Shown one piece after another: positions 46,271 through 60,100 of a DNA stretch of 64,000 nt. The number at the start of each line of letters is the position of its first letter. The stretch's first letter is position 1. The stretch is from Cirrosporium novae-zelandiae (taxonomy: Eukaryota), in NCBI GenBank assembly GCA_026023565.1, contig JAPETS010000023.1, positions 124,001 through 188,000 on the forward strand. Reading direction: 5' to 3'. Below the pieces are notes generated by a model. That model had not been told where the DNA came from and searched no databases. It saw only the letters and a program-made list of their open reading frames with translations. Made by a program: the position numbers and the translations under genes.

Positions 46271-49215
46271 TTAGGCCCTAAACTTGATCGATCTATATCT
46301 AGGGCTTTTCTGGTTGGAGGGCGTAGTGTCGGGAGGTAAAGGCGTGATCCTAGATATCCTAAATTTCCCTGATGAATCGGTCCGATTTGTACCTTTATCA
46401 TCATCTTGCGGATAGACAGTGACAGAGGCTCCTATAGGAGCTGATCGTGAATGAGAGCTCAAGGGCAATTGATATTTCAGAACCCCTCGAATGATTAACT
46501 CAAACTGATGTTGCAAGACATTCTCCCAACGTTCGGTGCCACCTGCTTCGGTTTCATTGCCAGGCTTTGCAAGGCGGACTTGACCCACAGAGGAGTGAGA
46601 CTCCGGATGTAACGGAGATGGATCGAAGGTCAGTGGCGAATCAAATTCAAAAACGCGACCAAGGAGCATAGTGTGTAAATCCCCAGAAGGATCTTCAATA
46701 GGATCATTTCCTTCGTCAATACCACCCAAAGCATGAAGCAAGCGTTCTGAATCGTCGCGAGGTGCTACGACTGAATCACCTCTTTTATGCTCCTCGGGCC
46801 TAGACATTTCAACATCTGCCATAGGTGGATTGTCCCTCCAAAAACGTTCCGACCCAACATACTTGCTTTTGGCGAAAATGTTGACATCCAAGTCGGTTAC
46901 GCTGATCGCGAACATATTAGGGTTTGTCGCTCGAACATCAAGATCAAGCATAATTTCCTGCTCTGATGCCAGGACGTCTTGAATATGTTTGATAGAAACG
47001 TCCAACAATGGTCTGGAAAGAGCAAAAATAAAAGCTGTGAAAGCACAGACAAGCACCATAAGTAGGGCCATGATCATTAGGCACGGAAGCCAGCGTGAAC
47101 AACAAGAAGAACGAGGATGCTCATACTCATACCGTATTATATTTGAACTGTTTAGCCTTCTTCCATGTCGACTTCGACCTGACTTGACAGATCCCACCAA
47201 AGGGGTCCTCTCATCATCAGCCCCCTCACCTTCGATATCATAAGTATTCAGATCATTAGGCTTGCGAGGAGAACCGATAGTGCGGAAATGATGTGCACTT
47301 CTAGGACTTGCTGGCCGTGAACTTCGAAGAATAGTTCCTCCAGCCATACGAGAACCCTTAGGAGCGTTGGGGAATAGTGAATCATTATCAAAAAGAGATG
47401 CGTGACCACCCCCATTGCGCCCAAACCGACCAATGTGGTGGTGCCGATGAGCTCCAAGTCCATTGATCTTTCTCGGAAAAGAGGAGTTACCCGTATCGTC
47501 GTCAAAATTATGCGTATTAGCAAACTTCATACTCTTCTTTCCTGCTATGCTATGAGTGCCATCAATCAACATTTGCTGTCTGGTCTTAGGTACGTGCTGA
47601 TCCGCTTGACTTGCCATAGAAGTAGCGCTTGGCGTTCGGGAGTGGTAGCGAGTTGGACGAGATGTTCTTGAGTCGGGAGGATTTGATTCATATACGAATG
47701 TCTCTTCCGAATCCGAGGAATTTGCTTCGTCCACAGCACTCGCAACCTTTGCTTCGAAGATATCTGCTTTTGAAGAAGCTACGTATCCAGCAAACTAGTC
47801 AGTAATGGTATGTTTCAATAGCCACTAATTTGTTAAGAGAAGCCGCGGAAAGAGTCGGTGACACGAATTCATCCCTAAAAGAAGCCTAAATGAAAGAATT
47901 GCTCACCCGTTCCAGATGTAACGGAAGGCGCCTTGCGCTTTGGCTTCTTCCTCGAAGGTCTTATCGTTTCGTTGCTGGCCTTCAATCGTAGACTGCCAGG
48001 ATGATCAACCCGTCCTGATAAACCCCGGTCGCCAATTCCTGCAAGTGCAACTTGAGGAATGGAGCTGACGGTCTCTGTCTCGACAGTCATATTCCTCATA
48101 GATCCTTCGCCACCAGGTTTATCTCGAGTCGCATTTAATCCCGTATAAGATCTTTTTGCGGGAAGAACGGTGCTCAATTTTGAAGTTGTAGAAGCAATCG
48201 ATGCTTTCCTGAGCGCCTTTTCGTCATTCTTCATGCCACTGCTTCGATTCCCCCCACTTTCGCTACCACTTTCATTAGAAGCTCTTATTGAACTCCGAGA
48301 GGATTCTGTCTGAAGTTTGCTCAAAGGCCGGGGCTGGCCATTTCCCTGTAGGTTGACCTCACGAACATCGGCACCTTGTTCCGCGGCAGGAGTTGCGGGT
48401 AAACTAGCCTCATGGACGGTTTCGAGAGCAGGACCAGTACCACTAGCTCCTCGACCAGTTGCGCGGATAGCAGAACGGGCCTTGTTTTCAGGCGCTTCCA
48501 GTTCATTCCTGCTTGGAGTATCCTTGGATCCTACTGAACCTGAATTGACTGGCTCGACGATAATGTTTGGTGTTGGCGGTGTTGGTGTTGGTGTCGAGCT
48601 ATCATAATGATCGGACCTTCGAACTGGAATTGATGATAGCGAAGCCAGTGATGATAAGGAAGACTGATGAGGTGTAGAAGGAGGGGGCGACTTTAATCGA
48701 GGTGATACAGGCCAATGATGTACATTTTCCGTAACATGTCGACCTCCAGTTTTGGAGTGTTTTGTTGGCTCTGAGAAAGATTCGGCAGCAGCACCAGCGG
48801 CAGTAGGAGGAGGATGGAACTGCGGTTTGTTGTTGTTGTTTAATAAAGCCCTTTGAACTGATGCTGCTGAAGGTGTGGTATGAGTAATATGGCCAGTCGG
48901 ACGTGTAGGGCTGTCTTGGCTATTCTTCCGAGATCTTGCAGCCCTCGTGTTTGAAGGTACGCTTGGCCTCATGGATGATCGTGCTGGAGAGGGCTCGCGC
49001 GAAGGCCTGGGGGTAGTGCTGGAGGAGGTCGACGTTGAGGTTGAAGTTGATGTTTGGGAGGAAGCCTGGGCGGATGTGAAAGTTCGTGAAGACATGGGAA
49101 CAGGCTCGGTGTTGACAGTACCACCAGCTGCAACATCTTCCGCATTGGTATTACCGTCGTGTGTTTGAGCAACCTCTTCTGCCTCTGACCGCTCAAGAAC
49201 ATCTGTCGGAGCCAT
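46271..49215 (-). CDS. VAC7: Vacuolar segregation protein Vac7 (Fab1 PI(3,5)P2 kinase regulator), 2 exons
   Basis: MTVETETVSSIPQ, intron 47779-47906, ASSKADIFEAKVASAVDEANSSDSEETFVYESNP, a TM segment, then luminal VLASEQEIMLDL...TMLLGRVFEFDSPL...FELIIRGVLKY. Confidence 0.92.
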
Positions 49216-49488
49216 GCTGTCCCCGAGTGTTGGCGTTGGGAATCACTCTCGGAGACTGCAAACTATTTGTGGACAGTGACGGCATATCTGGATGATAGTC
49301 CCGATTGGAGAAAGCTGCCTAGGCCTGAATGGTGGCCCTAGATAATTGGAAGCCTTGTAATACCGGGCAATGCTGACTGAAAATGAGTAGAGGAGAACTA
49401 AAGTAATTTATGAATTGTGTGGAAGTTGTAATGATTTGTCGTACGATCAGGATTAGGTGGATAGGTGGAGAATTTTTGGGGGGGTTTT

Positions 49489-49490
<2 letters not shown>

Positions 49491-49523
<33 letters not shown>
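49491..49523 (+). repeat. 33-nt poly(G) tract upstream of VAC7
   Basis: Uninterrupted G run seen directly. Confidence 0.9.
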
Positions 49524-49524
<1 letters not shown>

Positions 49525-51516
49525 GGTTGGTGTGGGAGTTGTATTGGGGGGGAAAAAGAGAGGAAGAGGGAAGTAGAAGAAGATTATTGATTTGAAGAGT
49601 TGTTGACGAAATGGACGAAATTGAATGGAGGTAAGTTAAAGGTATCTAATGTACATGTACCTAGGTACCTAGGTAAGTAGAAAGTACTCTTTTTCTCTCT
49701 CTCTTTGACTGGCTACTATGGTAAGCTACTACTTTTTACAAGGTTGATCTGTTGGTTCATTTCTTGCTTTCCTTCTTTCGCTTTCTCTCTTTCTCTCTCT
49801 CTCTTTTCCTCTTTTTTTCTTTTTTTTTTAGAAAAGGTAAGACCGAAGAAGCGAAGCGAGACAGTGAGATAGCCAGCCAGACAGCCCTAAGATTTTGGCA
49901 TCTCGGGAGTCGGGAGTGCCTTTCGGTGGTTTTCTAGGCTGCTTAACTATCCTTACACCCTTACACCACCGTGACCACGGACTGACATGGCTCTCTCATA
50001 GCTCTGACGGTGTGGCTTTTCTATTTCTTCGTGGCGACATATGAATGGATACGTACATGTACAGTACCAGTGGTATGAATTCCCCAATTCCTTCTTTCTT
50101 TTTTACAGGCCTACTTATTATCTACAAATTAATTAATTACATGCCTACAAAAGTACACAGATAATTATTATTCGAATTCATTTTTTGTATCTAGTCTGTT
50201 AAAAACTGTTCCCCCCAAGTTCAATCATCTAATCGCCTAACCACCAACCCCCCCACCCCACCCCACCCATAATAGGTCGGTGTACTTAGTAAGAACCAAG
50301 CCGACAAAAGCTATTCCTCCCAACCGATCCTATCCCTATTCAACCATCAAAACTTCGGCTTTCCCAACCAGCATCCCCTACCAATGACACCACCATCGTA
50401 CCTTAAGGCCTAGTTACCCTAGGCTTGGGTATCCTCGCCGCCGGCTAACAATTTCTCGGGCAAGGTACCGGAGTCAAGTGGCCACCCCCCTAGAGCTCTT
50501 TAGAAATTTCGAATCATCGAGAACGGATAAGTTCAAGGAGATCACCCGAGGCTTCGTAAAAATTATTGTCTACAACGCTTTGCTGAAAAAAATGAAAAAT
50601 AAAGAATTTTCCCATCTCACAATTCCCACAATTCTCACAATCCCATAATCCCATAATCCCACAGAGCAGATTGTTTGCAGATAATTAGTACCCAAGTCTA
50701 GTTAAGTGCATGTAAGTAATGTCCGTGTCAAGAAAGCTCTATCCCGGTTCTACCCACATTGTCTCGGGTCTGGGGCTGTTGGAGTCTTGGAGACATTTGA
50801 TGATTTGACTCTTTGAGACCTTTAATACTTTAGCGGGCCTAGATATACTATACTAACTATACTGTATCTCACAGCCTCCGCACCTGATAATTTGTCAAAT
50901 CGACATGGCTCGACATGACCAACTCCCTCTCTCCCTCAAGTAATTGCTCCGCATGTTCATCTCTCCATCTCCCATCTCCCAACTTCTTTCCATGTGATTT
51001 ACCAGAGTCTACTCTTTTGATCGGTCGATCCGTCTCTTCCCCCCAATCTGTACACCACTACTGCATATCACTACATTCTATAAATACCTGACATAGAACA
51101 ACCTTGACAACCTCATCAATGCAATTTTAAACCTAGTTGTTCGCCCGCACTGTGAGAGCAGAGCAGAAACTATGGATTTTATTCAAATCATCAAGAAGCC
51201 CCTATTATTATACCCCAAGAAAATCACTGTCTGTTGTACATTGTGTCATCAGTAAAAAAACGCCCTAGCGCCTCATGAGGTGCATGCAGAAATGATCCAT
51301 CCTACTCCAGAACCTTTGTATATGCCAGTCTTACTCTTTCTCAAGCTTCAACTAGCATACCTTAAATTAACATTTGTTGGTTCGTTATCCTGCCGACCCG
51401 GTCCGAAACAAAACAGAAAAATGTTAAGAGCCTTGTGAATAGGCCTTGATCCCCGAGAATTTTGGGACGGGAAGTGTTTCAACAAGAATTGAACATCGAG
51501 CCTCGGGCTTTGTGGT

Positions 51517-52517
51517 TCAAACATCTCTCCAAGTTCCTGGGGCGGGTTTCCTCCCGATTTGCAGAAGGCTAGGAGGTCTGGCACTGTTTTGTGGCGGCGA
51601 ACTAGCACCGTAGGCTGGAGCTCCATAACCCGCGTCTGATGGGGCATATGTATGGTATGATGGCGCGGGCGTTGTGTGCCTTGGTTGCTCAGGTGGAAAT
51701 TGATTATTATTATAATCGTTGCTAAAACCGCCTGTAGGGGTATAATTGTTTTGGGCAGATTGATCAAAATATCCGCCATTATTGACATTTCCAGATGTTG
51801 TGTACATGGAATTGGGTGTCTGGAAAGGATTTGATACTGGGGCTTGGTATGGGTTTCCTGGAGAAATTGAACTATGTCCGACCTGACCATACCCAACTAG
51901 TGGGGAACTTGCACTAGAATTCAATATTGGTGTTGCTTGAACTGATTGTCGATTAAGATGCCCCATTTCCATATCCTGCTGAGGGTGGTCGAGGGTTTCT
52001 ACCCGCTTTGCAGGTGATGCATCCCAGCTTGGCATGACTGGCAATGAATCTTCATGTATAGTATTTCCTCCATTTTTAGCGTTCGCATCAAATTGCGCAA
52101 ATTTTGGAGGTTCATAGGTTGGAGGTGGAGGAGCAGGCTGATAGCCTTGATAAGGGGCGGTGTTGAAAGGACCTGGTTGCTCTGCGTATTTCGAACTTTT
52201 GTTGCGACGACCTTTGGGGCAACAGGATTCGCAGCAGCTTAGGCACGAAAGACAGCCACAGCAACAGGACATGCCACAGCATAAGCAACGAATTGCACAC
52301 CACAAGACGGAAAATAGAATAAGGCAGCCTATGATTATTCCAATAATTGCAGGCCATCTAGACTATTGTTAGATAAATTGGAAAGTAATTAGAGGAGATG
52401 GAGGTAAACGAACTTGCAGTATGACTTTTGCATACAACTATCCCAGCTTGAAAAGGTCGTCTTTACCCCCTCTGCTTGAGAGACAACATCTCTCTGATAC
52501 AGTAACATTTTGTCCAT
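51517..52517 (-). CDS. PIN2: Pin2-like single-pass membrane protein with juxtamembrane Cys cluster and Q/N/Y-rich tail, 2 exons
   Basis: MDKMLL...TTFSSWDSCMQKSYCK/WPAIIGIIIGCLILFSVLWCAIRCLCCGMSCCCGC. Contains PPPPTY, FAQFD and EDSLPVMPSW. Confidence 0.8.
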
Positions 52518-53228
52518 AGCGAGAAATAATAAAGTAAGGTTGGTGATTACCTAGAACATTGGTCGAACGAATGAGGTTAATGGTGTAACTAACTGCTCTC
52601 TAAGCCTCGCTCTCTCGTGGTTATTCTTTCAACGACGCCCCCGAGGAGTTGAGGGTAGCGCAATGAAGGACAGAGATATTGAGCAGGGAGTAAGTTGGTA
52701 CGTGCTGATAACTATGTTGATAAAAGAATGACGATTGAAATATTATCCAGTTGTGTTGGAGGGTAATACTCGTAATAGTAGAGGCTCAGCCTCGTTGCCA
52801 GAGGGGTGTTTGGTTTGGGAAAAGGAACGAAGTTTCAAACATTGATCTGATGGATTGGATCTGCGCCTCAAACGCGCTAACCAACAAGCGGAATTTCATA
52901 ACCTCGACTTCTCCCATCATCCATACATTAGTGATGACTACCCAGTACCTAATCCGCCTAATTACTATGTACTATGTCACCATGTCAAAATAAGGTACGA
53001 AATTCATATTGGATTTGGCCTGAGAGTTTAAACTCAAAAAGCATAAGGACGTTGCAAATAAGAACCATTAGATATATTATACACTTCTCATTAAACAATC
53101 ATGAACTTATTAGAAGTTTCTTCCCGACCAATAATACCGCCAGATAACGCCAGAGTTTGATTGCTCAATTCATCCCGGGTCATCATAATCATAATGCAAG
53201 CCCATCAATTATCCCATGGATGAATACC

Positions 53229-53929
53229 CTAGCGAATTATACCATCTCTTTCCTTCTTTGGGGGAGGTCCCTCTGGAGGCGCATACACAGGATCCCCTCC
53301 GCGTTGTGGTTGGTAAGCACTCTGAGGTTGTTGTAGTTCCACTCCGGCTTGCTGTCCCCCGAAATAACTTTGATTTTGTCCTTGGCCATAGGTTGGAGGA
53401 GGCTGTTGATATTGACCATAATAAGGCTGCACATTGGGATTGTATTGGGCTGGTCCGTGTCCTGGAGGGGTACTGCCTGCTGCCCATCCTGTTCCCCAAT
53501 ATGGATGAGCCCCACGACGACGGCGACGGCGTGCAGAGAGACAACTAACGAAACAATGTTAACTAAGTAACGACCAGCTATAACATGGATAAACTTACGA
53601 TATAAGGAAGAAGAATAGGAAGGCCGCAATAATGATGATAGCTAGGAGTACCCAACGACCCCAGTTATACCAACCGCTACTGTATTGATAGCAGTTGCCA
53701 TACATATCACACCTGGTTACACCACAGTCAGCACAATTCCGGATGTACAGGGTCCAAAAGCAAATGACGACTGCTTCAAAGCGGCTAAGCTCAACCACCC
53801 GGCCTGGCATTTGGTGTGTTGAGACTTTCCAACCAAAATGAGTGACTTCATATTGGCCGTATTCTATCACCTGGAGTTGGCATAAAGGATCTGCACTTAC
53901 TCATAAGCTCTGGTTTGGATTGAAGGCAT
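53229..53929 (-). CDS. RCR-family (Rcr1/Rcr2, Congo-red resistance/chitin regulation) membrane protein, 3 exons
   Basis: MPSIQTRAYE/CDMYGNCY..SGWYNWGRWVLLAIIII...IS/CLSARRRRRRGAHPYWGTGWAA...QPPPTY...YAPPEGPPP. Confidence 0.85.
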
Positions 53930-55217
53930 TTTTGGATAGTAGATATTTGTCGTAGGTGTGGTGACGATATGCGTAAGTGGAATAGAGAAAGTGGGATAGG
54001 CAACGGAATTGAAGGTGGTGTTGATGGTTTTGTAGTAAGACAAACTCCAGTTTCGGATCATGAAAGAGTGATGCCGGAAGCTTTGTACCGGCAACACAGT
54101 TGACGTGCAAAAGTCTAAGCCACCTTGTGAGGCTTAGAACCTGAATCACTCGCCGATGCCTTGTGGAATCATGGAAGGAATCATGGCAAATGCATTTTGA
54201 TTAATAATGAGCTATTCTACTGTTGGCTACTGCGTAAGACAACGCATCATGCTTCATTTTGGCGACCTAATTATTGTGTATCCCACAGCCAAATAGTTAT
54301 CGTGTTGTGAATGTCTGAGAATATTCTCACACCTAGATTTTATAATTCCTACACCCATCGCCAATTTTACAATTAGCTCTTAATATTTAGAATATAAAGG
54401 AGACCTAGAAGATCATAAAACAGTTATCCAAATTAGCAAAACATGATTTCTGCCCTTCTGTAATTAAGTTATAACGGAGGTTTGGGCATTACTGCGAGAA
54501 TTAGACTTCATACCATCTAATCTAAGGTTTGATGCCTCAGGCTAAACATCAAATAGGAGAGGACTGGTGACATAAGCTAATCCCGGTAATCTGGGAGCCA
54601 ATGATGCCACGCCAACAAAGCAGCCTATAAATGATACTTATGTTGAGAGTAGGCCCAATGATCCCCAGAACCTGAGAAAACAATGCGCATTTATCTTCAT
54701 CAACATTGTTGAGATGAAGGCCCTTAAATTGGGAGGTCGCTCCTTGACAACTATGCTATGAATGAAATCCCGAACTCGACCCGCTGAACATTATTCGCTC
54801 GCCTTCCATTCCCCTGAAAAGCAGTCACATCGATATACCAGCTAAAGCACATGCTGCTCCGCTGACCTTTGACTACCAGAATTTCGCTCAAATTTCCTCC
54901 CGTCTTGCAACGTCCTAATATATAATTGGTATTGTGATGAATAAGAGACAAATGGAATAATCGTGGACAATGGCTAAAAGAGTCTGCTCGGTCGCTTCAT
55001 AAAGAAACACATATAATAAGGGATATGGAAACCAATAGAGATGTCTTCCGCCATCGCTGGCTTGCAGTATATGAGACTGCGGGTCTTTATTATTTTCTTT
55101 TAAATGTCATATCGTCGTTGACTTATCGTCAGGCTTGCAAACAGATATTACCATAAATTCATGACCACATGCCTCGCGTGTCGTGATGATTTGGTCAATC
55201 GCTTTACCTGCTCTTTT

Positions 55218-56216
55218 CTATCTAGTTGATCTTGCAATCAACCATTGCAGTACCGCATCAAGATTGGTTTCTTCTTTAGCGCTAATCCCGTAGCAGCTAA
55301 CCTCTCGGTGAGTTACCGATTGCAGATCCAGGGCATTGATCAGCTCATCGACTGACAGTTTATCGGCAAGATCTGATTTATTGCCGAGGACAAGGAGAGG
55401 GATGCCTTGCAAGGACTCTCGGCTTAGTAAAGAGTGAAGCTCTTCATTGGCGATCGGGAGGGCATCTCTATCTGCGGCGTCGACAATGTAACTAGGAAGC
55501 CCCATCAGGAAATTTAATCGTACCAAGCTCAGCTGGAGCACATACACGATTGCACTAACGCCTCGACAATATCGCTCCCACATGGTTCGAAACCTAGGTT
55601 GACCACCAAGATCCCAACTAGACATATGATCAGTCTCGAACGACGTTGAGAGAGAGGAATAATTACCATTTGAGAGTGACGTGACCTTTGTGGACACGTT
55701 TCATGTTGAATCCAAGAGTTGGAATCGAGCTGGACCGACATCAATCAGCATCGTCGACGGGTGTTCCTCGAAACACTACCAAATGCTATCGGCAGGGAGA
55801 GTGAGAAAAACAAAATCCATACTCAACAGTGAACTCGCCACCCTATAAAATTATTATTAGCCTTGGAGCAGAAGCAGATGGCAGGACTTTGAAGCCAATG
55901 CCGATCATACGCGCCGAAACACTCACCGCTAGAACTCGCAACAGAGAAGTCTTCCCTGCATTCTGCAATCCAACCATGGTGACATCCATCTCCGTTGCCC
56001 TACAGTCCGTACATGACGATATAGTTAGTTTCTGGTCGAGGAGAATTTTGGTTATTGATTTTTCCTTGCTCAATCCGCAGACGCCATTTCACCATTCCCC
56101 CGAGATGCAGTCAAGACAAAATGATACAACGGGGATGATAATAAAAAGGTCAATAAAAGGACTGACCAAAACATGCGCAACAACCAATCATAAATGGTCT
56201 TGAAGAAACCCGCCAT
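55218..56216 (-). CDS. ARL8: Arf-like small GTPase Arl8, 6 exons
   Basis: [78 protein letters not shown]/...GNKSDL...CYGISAKE. Confidence 0.93.
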
Positions 56217-56791
56217 GACTACAGTCGATGTTGTGGAAAAGGTTCACGGCTGCGGGTTGGGGAATCTGGATGCGAGAGCCAGTCGTTGAGGGTTTTGAAG
56301 AGGAGGAAATGCTTGGCTGGCTTGTGCGCCAAAGAAATAATCGGAAGCGCGGGGTGAAGACTCCTTTAGCAAAGTTGTAAAACGGTGATGGTTGAGAAGA
56401 AGCAGTTGCACAAGTAACAGATGACAAAAGTCGTCCTAACCATGGCAAGGAATGAGCAAGACGAAGAATTGATGCCGCCTATCCCTCTATGTCGCGCGAG
56501 GCTTAGTAGCACCGAGGCAACAGGTAGCAAGTATTTAGTATGTAACTATGCAGCAGTAGATCACAATATCACAAATATGCACAGGTCGATAGGTTTTGGG
56601 ATGTCTCTTATGATGGGTGTTTTCCCCGTTTTCCCGCTGTGCAGGTGACCTTGGGGGACCAACGGCGACGATGGGGGACGCGATGCGATCTTCTAACAAC
56701 GATTTGGCGGATTGTTGTACCTGGACGTTTCTTTAGAACACAATCAGAAAAGCATTTGGATCGAACAGGACCGTAGTGCAAAGCAGTACCG

Positions 56792-56849
56792 AAGGCCCAA
56801 GGTCCAAGGTCTAAGGTCTAAGGTCTAAGGTCCAAGGGTCGAAGGGTCG
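56792..56849. repeat. Heptamer tandem repeat (AAGGTCY), ~8 degenerate copies, in the ARL8/RPA135 divergent intergenic region
   Basis: aaggccc aaggtcc aaggtct aaggtct aaggtct aaggtcc aagggtcg aagggtcg. Confidence 0.8.
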
Positions 56850-57149
56850 CACCGAATGGGGGGGGTTAGCCATGTACATTTTACTAAAGTAACCTTTCCG
56901 CTATCGATATCTAAGCGCCAAATTTATTCTTTTTTCAGAACCAAGCTCAACCCAAAAAAAAATCAAATCCAAAATCAAGAACGTTCTCGTGTCTGGCCGA
57001 GGCAAGTTGAAGTGAGAACGAGAACCAACTAAAGACGTTTTGGGAATTAAAAATTACTATTTGGAAGATCCTGTTATGAAAATTATGGAAAATTGAGGGA
57101 ATCTAATATTGATCTTGAGCTCAAGTGTTACCACCAATCCAATCACACA

Positions 57150-60100
57150 ATGGCTTCAGCTCGAGCCAAATCGACCAATACAAAATGGGGCGTCGAATTC
57201 GATACCGTCCGCCGTGAAAAGCTCTTCAGAGATCCTCCCAAAGACCATTCAGCTTATCCTGCCCTGCAAGAGGTTGTTCGCCCACACATAGATTCGTTCA
57301 ATGCCATTTTCGAAGACAATGGGCTTATGAAAGCTGCTCTGGAGGACATTGGAACAAAGACATTTATCGACGGCATACCGGAAACACCAAAGCAGAGGTC
57401 GGAAAGAATTCTAGATAGAATGCCTAAGCCAAAGCTAAATCGATTGTCTGTTAAGATCCAGGAAATCTTTTTGGAAAAATCAGTGCTCCCGGAAGCCAAC
57501 AAGCACAGCAGAGGAAACCGTGAGATCCTCCCAGCCGAATGCAGAGAACGAAATGCCTCCTACAGAGGACGGCTACGAGTAAGATTATGTTACAGGGTCA
57601 ATAACGAGGATTGGAAGGAGAGTCTCAGAGACCTTGGTTTTTTGCCTATATTATTAAAAGTAAGAACTCAAGAAATGGCGGCTTTGTTGCATACTGATGA
57701 ACCATGTCCAGAGTAATCGTTGTCATCTCGAAAAATGTACGCCGGCACAACTCATAGAGAAAAAAGAGGAGACAGAGGAGCTAGGGGGATATTTTGTAGT
57801 GAATGGTATAGAGAAAATCATTCGATTACTGATTGTTGCAAAGAGAAACTATCCAATGGCTATCATGCGACCATCTTTCCGGAATCGTGGACCATTATAT
57901 TCACAGTACGGCATTCAGATTCGATCGGTCAGGCCGGACCAGACATCACAGACCAATGTTCTACATTATTTGAACGATGGAAATGTTACGTTTAGATTTT
58001 CATGGAGAAAGAATGAATATCTGATCCCGGTTATGATGATTTTGAATGCGTTGGTAGAGACAAACGATTACAATATTTGTCAAGGGCTTGTCGGTACGAG
58101 TGGGTCAGGACTTGACAACACGTTCTTGACGGATCGAGTGGAATTGCTTCTTCGGACATATAAAACCTACGAGACTGATGGAGAATTGAAACGTGGAAAA
58201 TCTAATGCGCGTGCATATATTGGAAGCAAGTTCCGAGTAGTATTGGGCATAACTGACAATATCTCCGATGAGGATTGCGGAACCGAATTTTTACGATGCA
58301 TTGTACTTCCTCACCTTGGAAATGTCCGTGTTACAGAGTCTCAAGATAGAGATAAGTTTAGGATGCTCTTATTCATGATACGCAAGCTCTACGCACTTGT
58401 CGCAGGAGATTGTGCAGTGGACAATCCAGATGCTGTATCAAATCAAGAAGTCTTGCTTGGTGGATTCCTCTACGGCATGATTCTCAAGGAGAAGTTAGAT
58501 GAATGGTTGGGCTCTATTGGTATTGCAGCAAGAGATTGGTCGCGAAGGAATGGCAATGCAAAATTCGACACACCTGAATTCAGCAAAAACTTCTCATTCA
58601 AAATCGTTAAGAGAACGAATGAGAACATTGGGGCTCTTCTAGAATATTTCTTGTCGACTGGCAATTTGGTCAGTTCTACAGGTCTTGATCTTCAACAAGT
58701 CTCCGGTTATACTGTTGTTGCAGAAAAAATCAACTTTTATCGCTTCCTATCACATTTCCGTATGGTTCATCGTGGTAGTTTCTTCGCTCAGCTAAAGACT
58801 ACGACAGTCCGGAAACTGCTACCTGAAAGCTGGGGCTTCCTCTGCCCTGTCCATACCCCTGACGGAAGCCCTTGCGGTTTATTAAATCATCTTGCTCATA
58901 AATGCTTAATTCCCTCCAATAATCTCGATGTCTCTGCCTTACCCGAAGTTCTGGCAAGCATAGGCGTGGAACCATTTACGTCTATGGACGAAAGCGTCGT
59001 TGTTCAGCTTGATGGCAGGATCATGGGCTTCTGTTCTCCAAAAGAAGCACGAGCCATTGCTGATAGGCTTAGATATTGGAAGGTTGAGGGCAAATACAAG
59101 ATCCCATTGGAACTTGAGATCGGATACGTGCCTAGCTCTAACGGAGGTCAGTATCCTGGAATCTACATGTTCTCGCAGGCCGCGAGAATGATTAGGCCTG
59201 TGAAATACCTTCCTACCGACAAACTGGATTATGTTGGTCCGTTCGAACAGCCGTTCATGGACATTGCCTGTACTACTGAAGATATTATATCTAGTGTTTC
59301 TACACATTGTGAAATAGACCCTACTAACATTCTTTCTATCCTCGCAAATATGACTCCTTTCTCCGACTTCAACCAATCACCCCGAAACATGTATCAATGC
59401 CAAATGAGCAAACAAACAATGGGAACTCCTTCAACGGCTATTCGCTATCGTGCAGATAACAAACTCTACCGGCTACAATCGGGTCATACCCCCATTGTTC
59501 GAGCTCCTTTACATAATGAGTATGGTCTCGATAATTTTCCTAATGGGACAAACGCTATCGTTGCAGTCATTGCATACACCGGCTATGATATGGATGACGC
59601 CATGATAATCAATAAATCCGCCCATGAACGTGGTTTTGCGCACGGTACAATCTACAAAACCAAATTCATTAGCCTGGAGGAGAGTAAGGTTGCCAGCAGA
59701 GGGAAAGCCAGCATCAGCAAACTCTTTGGCTTCGCTCCAAAAGGTATGATTAAAGCGGAATGGCGTGCTCACCTCGACGAGGACGGACTTCCTCACATTG
59801 GTCATAAGATTAGTCAAGGAGATATTATCTGTGCTGAACACACTGTTACATATGATCATGATGCTAAGCAGTACATCAATCAAGATGGGCAGACCAATTT
59901 CCACAGGTACAAAGACTCGGAAGAAGCATACGTCGAAGAAGTCCGTCTTCTCGGCTCCGAGGCAGGAAACGAGCCTTGCCAAACCATCAGCATCAAAATT
60001 CGCATCTCACGTCCCCCTCTCATCGGCGACAAATTCGCTTCCCGCCATGGACAAAAAGGTGTCTGCTCCCAAAAATATCCTATGGTCGATATGCCGTTCT

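Noticed and set aside
31565..52517. SUP35 and PIN2 ([PSI+] inducibility) in one window as a prion module
   Set aside because: They are 18 kb apart with unrelated genes between. The PIN2 name comes from a yeast overexpression screen.
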